Shown here piece by piece: positions 1 through 10,391 of a stretch of 34,591 nt of DNA. The first letter of the stretch is position 1, and every line of letters starts with the position of its first letter. The notes under the pieces are model-generated. The model made no database searches. It was not told the DNA's origin and worked only from the letters and a program-made list of their open reading frames with translations. The translations under genes and the position numbers were made by a program. The stretch is from positions 1 through 34,591 of the forward strand of contig CAZUMD010000001.1 of the NCBI GenBank assembly GCA_964621735.1, read 5' to 3'. Source of the stretch: an uncultured Polynucleobacter sp. Lineage in GTDB: Bacteria > Pseudomonadota > Gammaproteobacteria > Burkholderiales > Burkholderiaceae.

Positions 1-36
1 GGCGGTGCTGTAGTTGCTCTCACCAAGACTTTCTAA
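1..36 (+). CDS. 3' end of a probable TorF-family outer membrane porin (partial)
   Basis: Reads GGAVVALTKTF-stop. The terminal Phe after alternating residues fits a beta-barrel C-terminal signal, and this gene type commonly precedes glnK-amtB. Confidence 0.6.
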   Translation, partial: GGAVVALTKTF

Positions 37-39
37 TAA

Positions 40-399
<360 letters not shown>

Positions 400-412
400 A
401 GAGAGGTTCAAC

Positions 413-1864
413 ATGTTTACTCGGATGAAAAAACTCGTTGCAGGGGGCGCCAAGGCTTTGGTTTTGGGCGCAACCGGCATGTTGGCGATGGTGCCTGCTT
501 ACGCTGCAGATGTAGCTGCTGCAGCGCCCGCAGCTACGGCTGCTGTTGCAGCAGTGGCAAATAAAGGCGATACCGCTTGGATTTTGGTGTGTACAGCAAT
601 GGTTGTACTGATGACATTGCCAGGCCTTGCCTTATTTTATGGTGGCTTAACGCGCAGTAAAAACGTACTGTCGATCTTAGTGCAGTGCATGGTGGTGTTC
701 TCTCTGATTGCAGTGTTATGGACCATTTATGGTTATAGCTTTGCGTTCACCGAGGGCAGTGCATTCATTGGCGGATTAGATCGACTGTTTTTGGGTGGTG
801 TGACGCCTGATAGTGTGGCTGCAACCTTTAGCAAGGGCGTTGTCATTCCTGAATTTACCTTTATTGGATTTCAGGCGGCTTTTGCAACCATTACCTGCTG
901 CCTCATCGTCGGTGCCTTTGCAGAGCGCGCTAAGTTTTCTGCGATCTTGGTGTTTACCATTCTCTGGTTCACCTTTGCCTATTTACCAATAGCGCACATG
1001 GTGTGGTTCTGGCCTGGTCCAGATGACATCAAAGATGCAGCGTCGCTTGAAGCCATTACTGCAAAAGCAGGTTGGTTATGGCAGAAGGGCGTTCTTGACT
1101 TTGCTGGCGGTACTGTAGTGCACATCAATGCAGCGATTGCTGGTTTGGTTGGCTCTTACATGGTCGGCAAGCGCATTGGTTTTGGTAAAGAAGCAATGAA
1201 ACCCCACAACTTGGTTTACACCATGATTGGTGCCTCCCTCTTGTGGTTTGGTTGGTTTGGATTCAATGCTGGTTCTGCATTGGAAGCAAACGGAACTGCA
1301 GCATTGGCATTCTTCAATACCTTAGTAGCGACTGCTGCTGCTGTATTGGGCTGGACACTGGCTGAGTGGATTACCAAAGGCAAGCCATCCATGCTGGGTG
1401 GCGCATCGGGTTGCGTTGCTGGTTTAGTTGCAATTACACCTGCTGCTGGCTTTGTTGGCCCAATGGGCGCGATCATCATCGGCTTTATTGCTGGCGTAGT
1501 TTGCTTGTGGGGTGTATCTGGTCTCAAGCGTATGCTTGGCGCAGACGATAGCTTGGACGTGTTTGGGGTCCATGGCGTTGGCGGCATCATTGGTGCAATT
1601 TTGACCGGCGTATTTGCAGATCCCGCATTGGGCGGCTCTGGAATCTGGGATTATGTTGCGAACGCTGCAGCAGCCGAGTATTCCATGGGCACTCAGGTTT
1701 GGTTGCAGGCTCAGGGTGTCATCACCACCATCATTTGGTCAGGCGTAGTTTCGGTTGTTGCCTTCAAATTGGTCGATATCGTGATTGGTTTGCGTGTGAA
1801 GGAAGAAGAAGAGCGTGAAGGCTTAGATATTGCTTCTCACGGTGAAACAGCCTACGAATCCTAA
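413..1864 (+). CDS. amtB: Ammonium transporter AmtB
   Basis: DFAGGTVVH, LWFGWFGFNAGS and DVFGVHG (twin His). Start moved to ATG 413 after SD GAGAGG at 401-406; N-terminal signal peptide. Confidence 0.97.
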   Translation: MFTRMKKLVAGGAKALVLGATGMLAMVPAYAADVAAAAPAATAAVAAVANKGDTAWILVCTAMVVLMTLPGLALFYGGLTRSKNVLSILVQCMVVFSLIAVLWTIYGYSFAFTEGSAFIGGLDRLFLGGVTPDSVAATFSKGVVIPEFTFIGFQAAFATITCCLIVGAFAERAKFSAILVFTILWFTFAYLPIAHMVWFWPGPDDIKDAASLEAITAKAGWLWQKGVLDFAGGTVVHINAAIAGLVGSYMVGKRIGFGKEAMKPHNLVYTMIGASLLWFGWFGFNAGSALEANGTAALAFFNTLVATAAAVLGWTLAEWITKGKPSMLGGASGCVAGLVAITPAAGFVGPMGAIIIGFIAGVVCLWGVSGLKRMLGADDSLDVFGVHGVGGIIGAILTGVFADPALGGSGIWDYVANAAAAEYSMGTQVWLQAQGVITTIIWSGVVSVVAFKLVDIVIGLRVKEEEEREGLDIASHGETAYES

Positions 1865-1878
1865 TTAGGCGTGTAATT

Positions 1879-1916
1879 AAAGCTAAATAGGCCCTAGTGG
1901 CCTATTTAGCTTTTTT
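1879..1916 (+). terminator. Rho-independent terminator after amtB
   Basis: 15-bp inverted repeat AAAGCTAAATAGGCC-ctagt-GGCCTATTTAGCTTT followed by a T run. Confidence 0.9.
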
Positions 1917-1957
1917 ATTGGGTTCGGTCGATCCAATGCCTTTTTTATAAAAAAACT

Positions 1958-1969
1958 TACAATAGTGAG
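1958..1969 (+). promoter_or_regulatory. Putative -10 box, leaderless gshA transcript
   Basis: TACAAT at 1958-1963, then 6 nt, then ATG 1970; directly after a terminator. Confidence 0.6.
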
Positions 1970-3268
1970 ATGGTTCCACATCTCATTACTGCCCTTAGTG
2001 GCCCCTTGCTCGATCTCGAGACCAAGGTACTTGAAGCAACTCCTGCTATCGAGCGTTGGTTTCGTTTGGAATGGCAAGAACATACGCCACCCTTTTATTG
2101 CTCGGTTGATTTACGCAACTCAGGTTTTAAGCTAGCACCGGTCGATACCAATTTATTTCCGGGCGGTTTTAATAACCTTTCCCCAGAAATGTTGCCCCTT
2201 GCAGTGCAGGCGGCGATGGCTGCGATTGAGAAAATTTGCCCCGAAGCCAAAAATTTACTGTTGATTCCGGAGCGGCATACTCGGAATACCTTTTATTTGC
2301 AGAACATTGCCCGCCTTTCTTCGATTCTGCGTCAAGCTGGACTCAATGTCCGCCTGGGCAGTTTGTCCGAAGACATCAAGAAGCCTACTTGGATTGATTT
2401 ACCAGACGGCAATCGCTTATTGCTTGAGCCGCTCGCGCGATTGGGCCTAAAAAAGCAACGCCTCGGTATTAAAGATTTTGACCCATGCTCCATTTTGCTC
2501 AATAACGATTTGTCTGCAGGTATTCCGCCCATACTAGAAAACATCTACGAGCAATACTTATTGCCGGGATTGCATGCAGGCTGGCATATTCGCCGCAAGT
2601 CAAATCACTTTGAGGCTTACGATGAGGTGGCTAAGAAGTTTGCCAAGCTCGTCAACATTGATCCATGGATGATCAATCCGTATTTCACTAGCTGCAGCAA
2701 CGTGAATTTCCATGAGCGTCAGGGCGAAGAGGAATTACAAGTAGCAGTAGAACAAGTATTAAAAAAGACCGCTAAAAAATACCGTGAATACGGCATTAAA
2801 GAAAAGCCCTATGTTGTGGTGAAGGCCGATGCTGGAACCTATGGTATGGGTGTGATGGTGGTGAATGATGCAAGCCAGCTCAAAAACCTCAATCGCCGTG
2901 AGCGCAATAAGATGAGTATTGTGAAAGAGGGTCTTGAGGTTAGTGATGTGATTATTCAGGAGGGGGTGTATACCTTCGAAAAAGTCAACGAGGCGGTTGC
3001 TGAGCCTGTGGTCTATATGATTGATCGCTATGTGGTTGGTGGCTTTTATCGCGTTCATACAGACCGCGGTCCCGATGAGAATCTCAATGCGCCCGGTATG
3101 CATTTTGTACCCTTGGCGTTCGAGCAAAATGCCATGCCGGATTACCACGCAAAACCCGGCAGCGCTGCTCCCAATCGATTCTATTTATATGGCGTAGTAG
3201 CCCGCCTTGCTTTATTGGCGTCATCGCTCGAGTTAGAGCGCACCGATCCTAACGCAGAAGTGGCGTAA
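1970..3268 (+). CDS. gshA: Glutamate--cysteine ligase (betaproteobacterial type)
   Basis: PPFYCSVDLRNSGFKLAPVDTNLFPGGFNNL and KADAGTYGMG; adjacent to gshB. Confidence 0.93.
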   Translation: MVPHLITALSGPLLDLETKVLEATPAIERWFRLEWQEHTPPFYCSVDLRNSGFKLAPVDTNLFPGGFNNLSPEMLPLAVQAAMAAIEKICPEAKNLLLIPERHTRNTFYLQNIARLSSILRQAGLNVRLGSLSEDIKKPTWIDLPDGNRLLLEPLARLGLKKQRLGIKDFDPCSILLNNDLSAGIPPILENIYEQYLLPGLHAGWHIRRKSNHFEAYDEVAKKFAKLVNIDPWMINPYFTSCSNVNFHERQGEEELQVAVEQVLKKTAKKYREYGIKEKPYVVVKADAGTYGMGVMVVNDASQLKNLNRRERNKMSIVKEGLEVSDVIIQEGVYTFEKVNEAVAEPVVYMIDRYVVGGFYRVHTDRGPDENLNAPGMHFVPLAFEQNAMPDYHAKPGSAAPNRFYLYGVVARLALLASSLELERTDPNAEVA

Positions 3269-3290
3269 GTAAATCTACCGAGACATTCCC

Positions 3291-4232
3291 TTGGATTTTT
3301 TATTCATTGCCGACCCCTTGGATTCCTTCGCGATACAGAAGGACTCAACGCTGGCAATGATGCGCGCTGCCCAGACAGCAGGGCATCGCCTGTGGTTTGT
3401 GGAAACGCGCGGCATTGTTTGGAAAGACAATAGCGTCGTCGCTGAATGCAGGCCGCTCGCGATTAAGCCTAGCAGTACATCCTGGTTTGAAGTGGGCGCA
3501 ATCGAGCCCCGCCGAGTGGCCGATTTTTCAGCAGTATTGATGCGTAAAGACCCGCCTTTCGATATCGAGTACCTCAACACCACCTGGCTTCTCTCCGCTG
3601 CGGTTCGTCAGGGGGCGCTAGTGTTTAATCAACCTGGCGCGATTCGGGAGCATTCAGAGAAACTCTCGATTACTGAGTATCCTGACTTGATTCCCCCCAC
3701 TCTAGTCACGCGTGATCTAGCTGAGGTGGAAGCATTTCATGCAACGCATTCGGATATTGTGATTAAGCCCCTCGATGGCATGGGCGGCATGGGCGTCTTT
3801 CGGGTGGGCAGCGATGGCCTTAATTTAGCCAGCATTGTTGAAACCCTCGGTGAGAATGGCGCGCGTACCTTAATGGTTCAACGCTTTTTGCCGGAGATTG
3901 CGCAGGGCGATAAACGTGTTTTGCTCATCGCCGGTGAGGTCGTTCCCTATGCCTTGGCACGTATTCCCCAGGGCACAGAGATTCGCGGTAACTTAGCGGC
4001 CGGCGGTAAGGGTGTGGCGATGCCTTTGACCGCCCAGGAAATGAAGGTAGCACAATACTTGGCGCCACTCCTTTGGCAAAAAGGACTTTTCTTGGTAGGC
4101 TTAGACTTAATTGGTGGCTACCTAACGGAAATCAATGTGACCAGCCCAACATGTTTTGTGGAAATTACCGAGCAGACCGATTGCGATGTTGCTGCCATTT
4201 GGCTGCGCGCTTTAGAAAAAGCCTTGCACTAA
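3291..4232 (+). CDS. gshB: Glutathione synthetase
   Basis: KDST, LMRKDPPFD, KPLDGMGG, RGNLAAGG and EINVTSPT motifs; TTG start. Confidence 0.96.
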   Translation: MDFLFIADPLDSFAIQKDSTLAMMRAAQTAGHRLWFVETRGIVWKDNSVVAECRPLAIKPSSTSWFEVGAIEPRRVADFSAVLMRKDPPFDIEYLNTTWLLSAAVRQGALVFNQPGAIREHSEKLSITEYPDLIPPTLVTRDLAEVEAFHATHSDIVIKPLDGMGGMGVFRVGSDGLNLASIVETLGENGARTLMVQRFLPEIAQGDKRVLLIAGEVVPYALARIPQGTEIRGNLAAGGKGVAMPLTAQEMKVAQYLAPLLWQKGLFLVGLDLIGGYLTEINVTSPTCFVEITEQTDCDVAAIWLRALEKALH

Positions 4233-4233
4233 T

Positions 4234-4674
4234 ATGGCCGGAATTCTGATCATTGCTCATACCCCAATAGCGAGCGCCATGCTGAGCTTTGCTGAGCATG
4301 TCTATGGCTCGATACCAGATCACATTCAGGCTGTCGATATCCCAGCACACGAGGATGCCAAAATCAGTTTCAAACGGGTATTGGCTGCTGCCAAGGCGGT
4401 TGAAAGGCATGGCGAGTTGCTGGTCTTGACAGATGTGATGGGCGCAACCCCAGCGAACGTTGCTTCGCGCCTGATGACGCAGCAAAATAGCGCGGGCGTG
4501 AAATTAAAAGTCCACATATTAGCGGGGCTTAATCTGCCCATGCTCATGCGCGCGGTGTCCTATAAAGACGATGCATTAGATGCGTTGACACAAAAAACAC
4601 TGCAGGGCGGTCAAAACGGTATCTTGCGTTTAGGCGGTGTTGCCAATGTACAAACTACGGAAGTACAGGATTAG
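4234..4674 (+). CDS. PTS EIIA component, mannose/fructose family
   Basis: ILIIAH phospho-His, LVLTDVMGATPAN and GLNLPML. Confidence 0.9.
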   Translation: MAGILIIAHTPIASAMLSFAEHVYGSIPDHIQAVDIPAHEDAKISFKRVLAAAKAVERHGELLVLTDVMGATPANVASRLMTQQNSAGVKLKVHILAGLNLPMLMRAVSYKDDALDALTQKTLQGGQNGILRLGGVANVQTTEVQD

Positions 4675-4676
4675 TC

Positions 4677-4946
4677 ATGCCAGTCGCCGAAATCACCATC
4701 ATCAATAAACTCGGGCTTCATGCCAGAGCATCGGCTAAGCTGTCGCAACTCGCTGCCCAATACCAGTGTGAAGTGCTTTTGAGTAAAGGCAGTCGCCAAA
4801 TTAATGCTAAGAGCATTATGGGCGTGATGATGCTGGCCGCAGGCATTGGCAGCACTGTGACCCTGGAAACCATCGGCACGGATTCGGAAGAAGCCATGCA
4901 GGCCATCACTGCATTGATTAATGATCGCTTCGGTGAGGGCGAGTAA
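4677..4946 (+). CDS. ptsH: Phosphocarrier protein HPr
   Basis: GLHARAS (His15) and NAKSIMGVM (Ser46). Confidence 0.95.
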   Translation: MPVAEITIINKLGLHARASAKLSQLAAQYQCEVLLSKGSRQINAKSIMGVMMLAAGIGSTVTLETIGTDSEEAMQAITALINDRFGEGE

Positions 4947-4949
4947 ACC

Positions 4950-6704
4950 GTGACCTTCTCATTGCACGGCATTCCGGTATCCAAGGGTATTGCCATTGGC
5001 CGAGCCGTACTGATCTCCAGGGCCGCATTAGAGGTCAGTCACCACCTTATCGATCCTGGGCAAGAGGATGCAGAAGCCAGGCGACTGCTAGCAGCGTTTA
5101 AACAAGTTCAGTCCGAGTTAACGACCCTGCGCGCGGGACTGCCGAAAGATGCGCCACAAGAAATGGCAGCGTTTTTGGATGTGCACAGCATGATTTTGGC
5201 CGATCCTACGTTGGCTGAAAAGCCCTTGAAGTTGATTCGGACCGAACGCCTTAATGCGGCTTGGGCTTTGACGACCGAGCTCAACGACTTGCTAGAGCAA
5301 TTTGCGGAAATCGAAGACCCTTACCTGAAGGAGCGTGCCCACGATATTCGGCAGGTGGCAGAGCGGGTTTTAAAAGCACTGCACTCACAGCATAAGGATG
5401 GGCTATCCCAACCTGATTTTTTAGCGCCAACCGATGTCGGAGTCGATGCCATTATTGTGGCGCACGACATTGCACCACACGACATGTTGCGCTTTAAGGA
5501 CTATGCATTTAAAGGTTTTGTTACCGACCTTGGCGGCCGTACTTCCCATACTGCAATTGTGGCTCGTAGTATGGAGATTCCGGCGGTTGTGGGCGCGCGC
5601 CATGCGAGCGAGATTATTCGCCACGGCGATTGGTTGGTACTCGATGGTGACCGCGGCGTGGTCGTGGTGTCGCCCAGCAATCGTTTGTTGGCAGATTACC
5701 GCGCCTTACAACAAACTGAACTTGCTGAAGTGCAGAAGTTACAGCAAATTAAGTATTCCGATACCAAGACGCGCGATGGCGTTCAAATTGAACTCTTGGC
5801 CAATATTGAATTACCGGAAGATGCGAAGCAAGCAGTCGAGTTTGGCGCTGTAGGCGTTGGCTTGTTTCGTTCTGAATTTCTCTTTATGAATCGCAAAGAG
5901 GCCCTTCCAGGAGAAGAGCAGCAGTATTTAGAATACCGCCGTGTGATTGAGGGTATGCATGGCCTACCGGTCAATATTCGAACCATTGATGTGGGTGCTG
6001 ACAAAGCCTTGGGTTCGGGCAGTGACTTGTCGCAAACCGGAACATCGCCACTGGGATTGCGAGCGATTCGGTGGTCATTGACCGAGCCAGAGATATTCTT
6101 AACCCAGCTGAGGGCGATTTTGCGGGCCTCTGCACATGGTCAAGTGCGGATTATGATTCCGATGCTGGCGCATGCAAAAGAAATTAGTGAGACCTTGCGT
6201 TTGCTTGAAAAAGCCAAGGTCCAGTTGCAACAGCGCGATCAATTATTTAATCCCAATATTCAAATTGGGGCAATGATCGAGATTCCGGCCGCCGCCTTGG
6301 TATTGCCTTTGTTTATTCGCCACTTTGATTTTTTATCGATTGGTACGAATGATTTGATTCAGTACACATTGGCGATTGATCGCGCAGACCATGCCGTAGC
6401 CCACTTGTATGATCCATACCATCCTGCAATTCTTAATTTACTAGCCAATATTATTAAGCAAGCGAATCAAGCAGGTATTCCAATTGCAGTATGCGGCGAG
6501 ATGGCAGGCGATCCAACCTTAACTAAACTCTTGCTGGGCATGGGTTTAACGGATTTCTCGATGCACTTTAGTCAGCTGCTATTGGTTAAGCGCGAAATCC
6601 TCAAGGCCGACGTCAGTAAACTCAGAGCACCAACCGCTGCTGTGTTGAGTGCAATTGATCCGGCCGAGCAAGCGGATGCATTAGCGGCGCTTGCTGCAGC
6701 CTAG
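4950..6704 (+). CDS. ptsI: PEP-protein phosphotransferase (PTS enzyme I)
   Basis: GGRTSHTAIVAR, GVGLFRSEFLF, SIGTNDLIQY and VCGEMAGD; no GAF domain; GTG start. Confidence 0.95.
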   Translation: MTFSLHGIPVSKGIAIGRAVLISRAALEVSHHLIDPGQEDAEARRLLAAFKQVQSELTTLRAGLPKDAPQEMAAFLDVHSMILADPTLAEKPLKLIRTERLNAAWALTTELNDLLEQFAEIEDPYLKERAHDIRQVAERVLKALHSQHKDGLSQPDFLAPTDVGVDAIIVAHDIAPHDMLRFKDYAFKGFVTDLGGRTSHTAIVARSMEIPAVVGARHASEIIRHGDWLVLDGDRGVVVVSPSNRLLADYRALQQTELAEVQKLQQIKYSDTKTRDGVQIELLANIELPEDAKQAVEFGAVGVGLFRSEFLFMNRKEALPGEEQQYLEYRRVIEGMHGLPVNIRTIDVGADKALGSGSDLSQTGTSPLGLRAIRWSLTEPEIFLTQLRAILRASAHGQVRIMIPMLAHAKEISETLRLLEKAKVQLQQRDQLFNPNIQIGAMIEIPAAALVLPLFIRHFDFLSIGTNDLIQYTLAIDRADHAVAHLYDPYHPAILNLLANIIKQANQAGIPIAVCGEMAGDPTLTKLLLGMGLTDFSMHFSQLLLVKREILKADVSKLRAPTAAVLSAIDPAEQADALAALAAA

Positions 6705-6716
6705 TTCTAAATTGAT

Positions 6717-7475
6717 TTATGCGGGATGACGCTGGCCGCAGACGGAGCAGTCTGGATTGCGGCTAATGTGAATGGTTTCAATTTGGGTATTGCGCGCATT
6801 CCACAACAACAAGCGTCCGATCAAAGGACTGCCAAAACCAATGAGGACTTGCAGTGCTTGCGCTGCCTGCATCGTCCCGATAATGCCAACCAAAGGCGAA
6901 AAAACACCCATGGTGGCGCAATTGATTTCTTCTGGTACTTCGTCGGGTGAAAAGATACAGGCATAGCAAGGTGAGTCAGGCCGCTTCACATCAAATACGC
7001 TCAGTTGACCATCAAGGCGCAATGCTGATCCAGATACTAAGGCGATACGATGCTGTGCGCAGGCCGCATTAATTAGCTGACGAGTAGCAAAGTTGTCAGT
7101 GCAATCTAAAACCACATCGACGGAAGGCAGAATGGAGGCCAAGTTGCTAGCAGTGGCGCGCTCTTGCAGTGAAACAACGTGGATGCTTGGGTTCAGCGCC
7201 TCAAGAAAACGCTTACCCGAAGCTACCTTACTGCTCCCCACGCTAGTTTGGGTATGCATGATTTGGCGCTGCAGGTTGGTTAGCTCAACGGCATCAAAAT
7301 CCATCAGGGTGATGGTGCCAATACCGGCTGCTGCCAAGTAAGGAGCTGCAGCGCAGCCCAAACCGCCAGCCCCAATGACCAAGACGTGGGATCCGAGGAG
7401 TTTTTCTTGTCCCGCTAGGTCAATTTCATCCAGCAGTAAGTGCCTGGAGTAGCGCAGTAACTGCTCGTCGTTCAT
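6717..7475 (-). CDS. MoeB/ThiF/HesA family adenylyltransferase
   Basis: RYSRHLLL, GAGGLG, NLQRQ and DCTDNF, plus two CxxC Zn motifs. Confidence 0.92.
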   Translation of the reverse strand: MNDEQLLRYSRHLLLDEIDLAGQEKLLGSHVLVIGAGGLGCAAAPYLAAAGIGTITLMDFDAVELTNLQRQIMHTQTSVGSSKVASGKRFLEALNPSIHVVSLQERATASNLASILPSVDVVLDCTDNFATRQLINAACAQHRIALVSGSALRLDGQLSVFDVKRPDSPCYACIFSPDEVPEEINCATMGVFSPLVGIIGTMQAAQALQVLIGFGSPLIGRLLLWNARNTQIETIHISRNPDCSVCGQRHPA

Positions 7476-7484
7476 GACCTTCGC

Positions 7485-8921
7485 TTATTCGAGCTTAGAG
7501 GCCGAGCGCTGCACTTCTTTGCCGTCGATGAAGGCAACGGCTTGCTGCAGCATGAAGTCATCCGGACCGCCTAACTCAACGGGCTTTTTAGACTTGTCTT
7601 TTTCACGCTCTTCGGGAGTCTTGCTGGCATTCTTTTCTTCAATGCGCTGTAATTCTTCAATCCGGCGTTTTTGACGATCCAAGATTAATTTTTCTTCCGG
7701 CGACTGTTTATTGCGCAGGTGTTTCTCACTGTCAATTTCACGCGTAATTAAAACGTCATCGGGGTCGCCATCTTTGTTTTGATCTACCGCGATATCGGGC
7801 TTAATACCGAAGGCTTGAATCGATCGCCCTTTGGGTGTGTAGTAGTAGGCCGTTGTGATCTTGAGGGCGGAGTCATTCGAGAGTGGGCGAACGGTTTGCA
7901 CTGAGCCTTTACCAAAAGTAGTCTTGCCGATAATGGTAGCCCGCTTGTAATCTTGGAGTGCTCCAGCAACGATCTCCGATGCAGAAGCAGAGAAGGCATT
8001 AACGAGAACCACCATCGGGACCTTCTTAAATAGGGGAGGAACAGACGCTAAGGGATCACCTGCTTCGCTGAGGCGATACATCGAAGGCGTTGCATTGAAA
8101 ATTTGGGTGGAATCCGGCGCCTGACCTTTGGTTGAAACAATCACAGCATTGGCTGGCAGAAAGGCTGCTGCAACCCCAACAGCCCCTTGGAGTAAGCCGC
8201 CGCCGTTGTTGCGCAAATCCAAGATAACACCTTTTAAATTGGGATTTTTCTCGGCAATTTCACTGAGCTTCTTTGCTAAATCGGGAACAGTACGTTCTTG
8301 AAAGCTGGTAATTCGAACCCATGCAATATCGTTATCGATGATTTTGGTTTTGATCGACTGCACTTTAATTTCAGCGCGGGTGATCGTGACTGGAAAACTA
8401 CGCTCTTCACTTTTTCTAAAAATGGTCAGCGTAATTTTTGTTCCTGGTTTGCCGCGCATGGTACGCACTGCTTTATCCAATGACATGCCACGAACGGGCT
8501 TATCGTCCAGTCGCGTAATTAAGTCACCCGCTTGAAGACCAGCGCGTGCTGCAGGGCTGTCCTCAATTGGATTGAGAACCTTTACCAAACCATCCTCGGA
8601 GGTAATTTCAATACCAAGCCCAGCAAACTTACCTGCAGTCTGCTCTTGCATTTCTGAAAAGTCTTTTTTGTCCAAATACGAAGAATGTGGATCTAAGCTG
8701 CTCACCATGCCTTTGACGGCATCAGTCAGCAATTGTTTGTCTTCGATTGGTTCAACGTACTCTCGCTTAATTTGAGAAAACACATTGGATAGCGTGCGCA
8801 GCTCATCCAGTGGTAGCGTTGTGGCACCCTGTTGCGCTGTGGCAGAAAATTGGATGGTCGCGGCAACGCCGGCAATGAGACCAACCGAAACAAGAGCAAG
8901 GCTTTTAAATAAATGGCGCAT
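7485..8921 (-). CDS. ctpA: S41 carboxyl-terminal processing protease (PDZ plus peptidase)
   Basis: LDPHS, GLGI PDZ loop, DLRNNGGGLL, SASASEIVAGALQD and TFGKGSVQ. Confidence 0.93.
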   Translation of the reverse strand: MRHLFKSLALVSVGLIAGVAATIQFSATAQQGATTLPLDELRTLSNVFSQIKREYVEPIEDKQLLTDAVKGMVSSLDPHSSYLDKKDFSEMQEQTAGKFAGLGIEITSEDGLVKVLNPIEDSPAARAGLQAGDLITRLDDKPVRGMSLDKAVRTMRGKPGTKITLTIFRKSEERSFPVTITRAEIKVQSIKTKIIDNDIAWVRITSFQERTVPDLAKKLSEIAEKNPNLKGVILDLRNNGGGLLQGAVGVAAAFLPANAVIVSTKGQAPDSTQIFNATPSMYRLSEAGDPLASVPPLFKKVPMVVLVNAFSASASEIVAGALQDYKRATIIGKTTFGKGSVQTVRPLSNDSALKITTAYYYTPKGRSIQAFGIKPDIAVDQNKDGDPDDVLITREIDSEKHLRNKQSPEEKLILDRQKRRIEELQRIEEKNASKTPEEREKDKSKKPVELGGPDDFMLQQAVAFIDGKEVQRSASKLE

Positions 8922-8973
8922 GTGGGCGATAGGGTGTTTTTGGTACTGGATTAAGTATGTCGCCTATTTTGCT

Positions 8974-9663
8974 CTAGTCTAGGTAAAAATGCTGTTTCGG
9001 CTTCAAATCATCGTCCAATTCATACACCAAGGGTTTGCCGTTGGGCACATTGACCTTCATGATGTCGGTTTCAGAGGTTCCGTCTAGGAATTTAATCAGC
9101 GAGCGAATGCTGTTGCCGTGGGCAACCAAAACAACCCGTTTGCCGAGCTTGAGTGCAGGTGCAATGGACTCGTTCCACAGCGGCATCACCCGATCAATCG
9201 TATCTTTGAGGCACTCACCCAGGGGAATATCACCCTGCTCTAGCTTGGTATAGCGGCGATCGCCGTGGCTATTCCGCTCATCGCTCAGGTCGAGTAAGGG
9301 TGGGCGAATATCAAAGGAGCGACGCCAAATATGCACCTGCTCATCGCCATATTTGGCTGCAGTTTCGGCCTTATTCAAGCCAGTCAGGGCGCCGTAATGC
9401 CGCTCATTTAAGCGCCAGCTGTGGACCACTGGAATCCACATCAGGTTCATTTCATCTTGAATGTACCAAAGCGTGCGGATGGCACGGCGCAACACGGAGG
9501 TGTATGCAATATCAAACTCATACCCCGCTTTTTTAAGGCTTTTGCCTGCTGCGACGGCCTGATCAATGCCTTTTTGGGTTAAATCGACATCGGCCCAGCC
9601 AGTGAAGCGGTTTTCAAGGTTCCAGGTAGATTCACCATGGCGGATAAGGACAAGTTGTTTCAT
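8974..9663 (-). CDS. gpmA: 2,3-bisphosphoglycerate-dependent phosphoglycerate mutase
   Basis: [21 protein letters not shown] and AHGNSIR. Confidence 0.97.
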   Translation of the reverse strand: MKQLVLIRHGESTWNLENRFTGWADVDLTQKGIDQAVAAGKSLKKAGYEFDIAYTSVLRRAIRTLWYIQDEMNLMWIPVVHSWRLNERHYGALTGLNKAETAAKYGDEQVHIWRRSFDIRPPLLDLSDERNSHGDRRYTKLEQGDIPLGECLKDTIDRVMPLWNESIAPALKLGKRVVLVAHGNSIRSLIKFLDGTSETDIMKVNVPNGKPLVYELDDDLKPKQHFYLD

Positions 9664-9685
9664 AGAGCCATTCTATAATCTAAAG
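9664..9685. promoter_or_regulatory. Overlapping bidirectional -10 elements for gpmA and rhodanese
   Basis: ATTCTATAAT holds TAGAAT on the - strand (9670-9675) and TATAAT on the + strand (9674-9679), each 6 nt from its ATG. Confidence 0.7.
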
Positions 9686-10102
9686 ATGAACTTTTTAATG
9701 CAAATCGAAAATATGGCGCTGATTGCGCTGGTATTGGTTACTGGCGTAGCGCTGTTTCTGCCTACATTATCAACATTAATTATGGGGGGTGGAGTCTCAC
9801 CAACCGAGGCTACCACTTGGATCAACCGCAAAAAGGCGCAAATTTTAGATATGCGCCCAGAAGCGGATTTTCAGGCCGGGCACTTGCCTAATGCCAAGCG
9901 AATTGCAGAAGATCAAATTGCCTCTGGGATCGATAAACTCAAATTGGACCGCAAATTACCCGTGATTGTGGTTTGCCAAAGCAATGTTGCGGCGCGTGGC
10001 CCGATTAAAGCACTTCAGTCTGCTGGATTTGTAGAGGTTAAAAACCTCGATGGCGGTGTGCAAGCGTGGACCACGGCTGGACTCCCATTGGCTAAAGGCT
10101 AA
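9686..10102 (+). CDS. Membrane-anchored rhodanese-like protein (YibN-like)
   Basis: N-terminal TM helix, ILDMR, GHLPNA, VVCQS and LDGGVQAW; conserved upstream of grxC-secB. Start set to ATG 9686. Confidence 0.88.
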   Translation: MNFLMQIENMALIALVLVTGVALFLPTLSTLIMGGGVSPTEATTWINRKKAQILDMRPEADFQAGHLPNAKRIAEDQIASGIDKLKLDRKLPVIVVCQSNVAARGPIKALQSAGFVEVKNLDGGVQAWTTAGLPLAKG

Positions 10103-10105
10103 GCG

Positions 10106-10369
10106 ATGCCTTCCGTTCTCATGTACAGCACCCGCGTTTGCCCTTACTGCATGATGGCTGAAAAGCTGTTGCAGAAAAAAGGAGTAGCGCAATTGGAAAA
10201 AATTCTGATTGATGTCGATCCTGCGCAGCGCGAGACCATGATGGCCCGAACTGGACGCCGTACCGTGCCACAAATTTACATTGGCGATCACCATGTCGGC
10301 GGTTATGACGACTTAGCTGCGCTTGATCGTGCGGGTAAGTTGGATGCATTATTGGCTGCCCCGATCTAA
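10106..10369 (+). CDS. grxC: Glutaredoxin 3
   Basis: [12 protein letters not shown] and GGYDDL. Confidence 0.95.
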   Translation: MPSVLMYSTRVCPYCMMAEKLLQKKGVAQLEKILIDVDPAQRETMMARTGRRTVPQIYIGDHHVGGYDDLAALDRAGKLDALLAAPI

Positions 10370-10391
10370 TTTTTTAACGAGAAAGTCCTGT

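Noticed and set aside
9566-9685. Extended rhodanese start
   Set aside because: Antisense to the 5' end of gpmA; ATG 9686 fits better.
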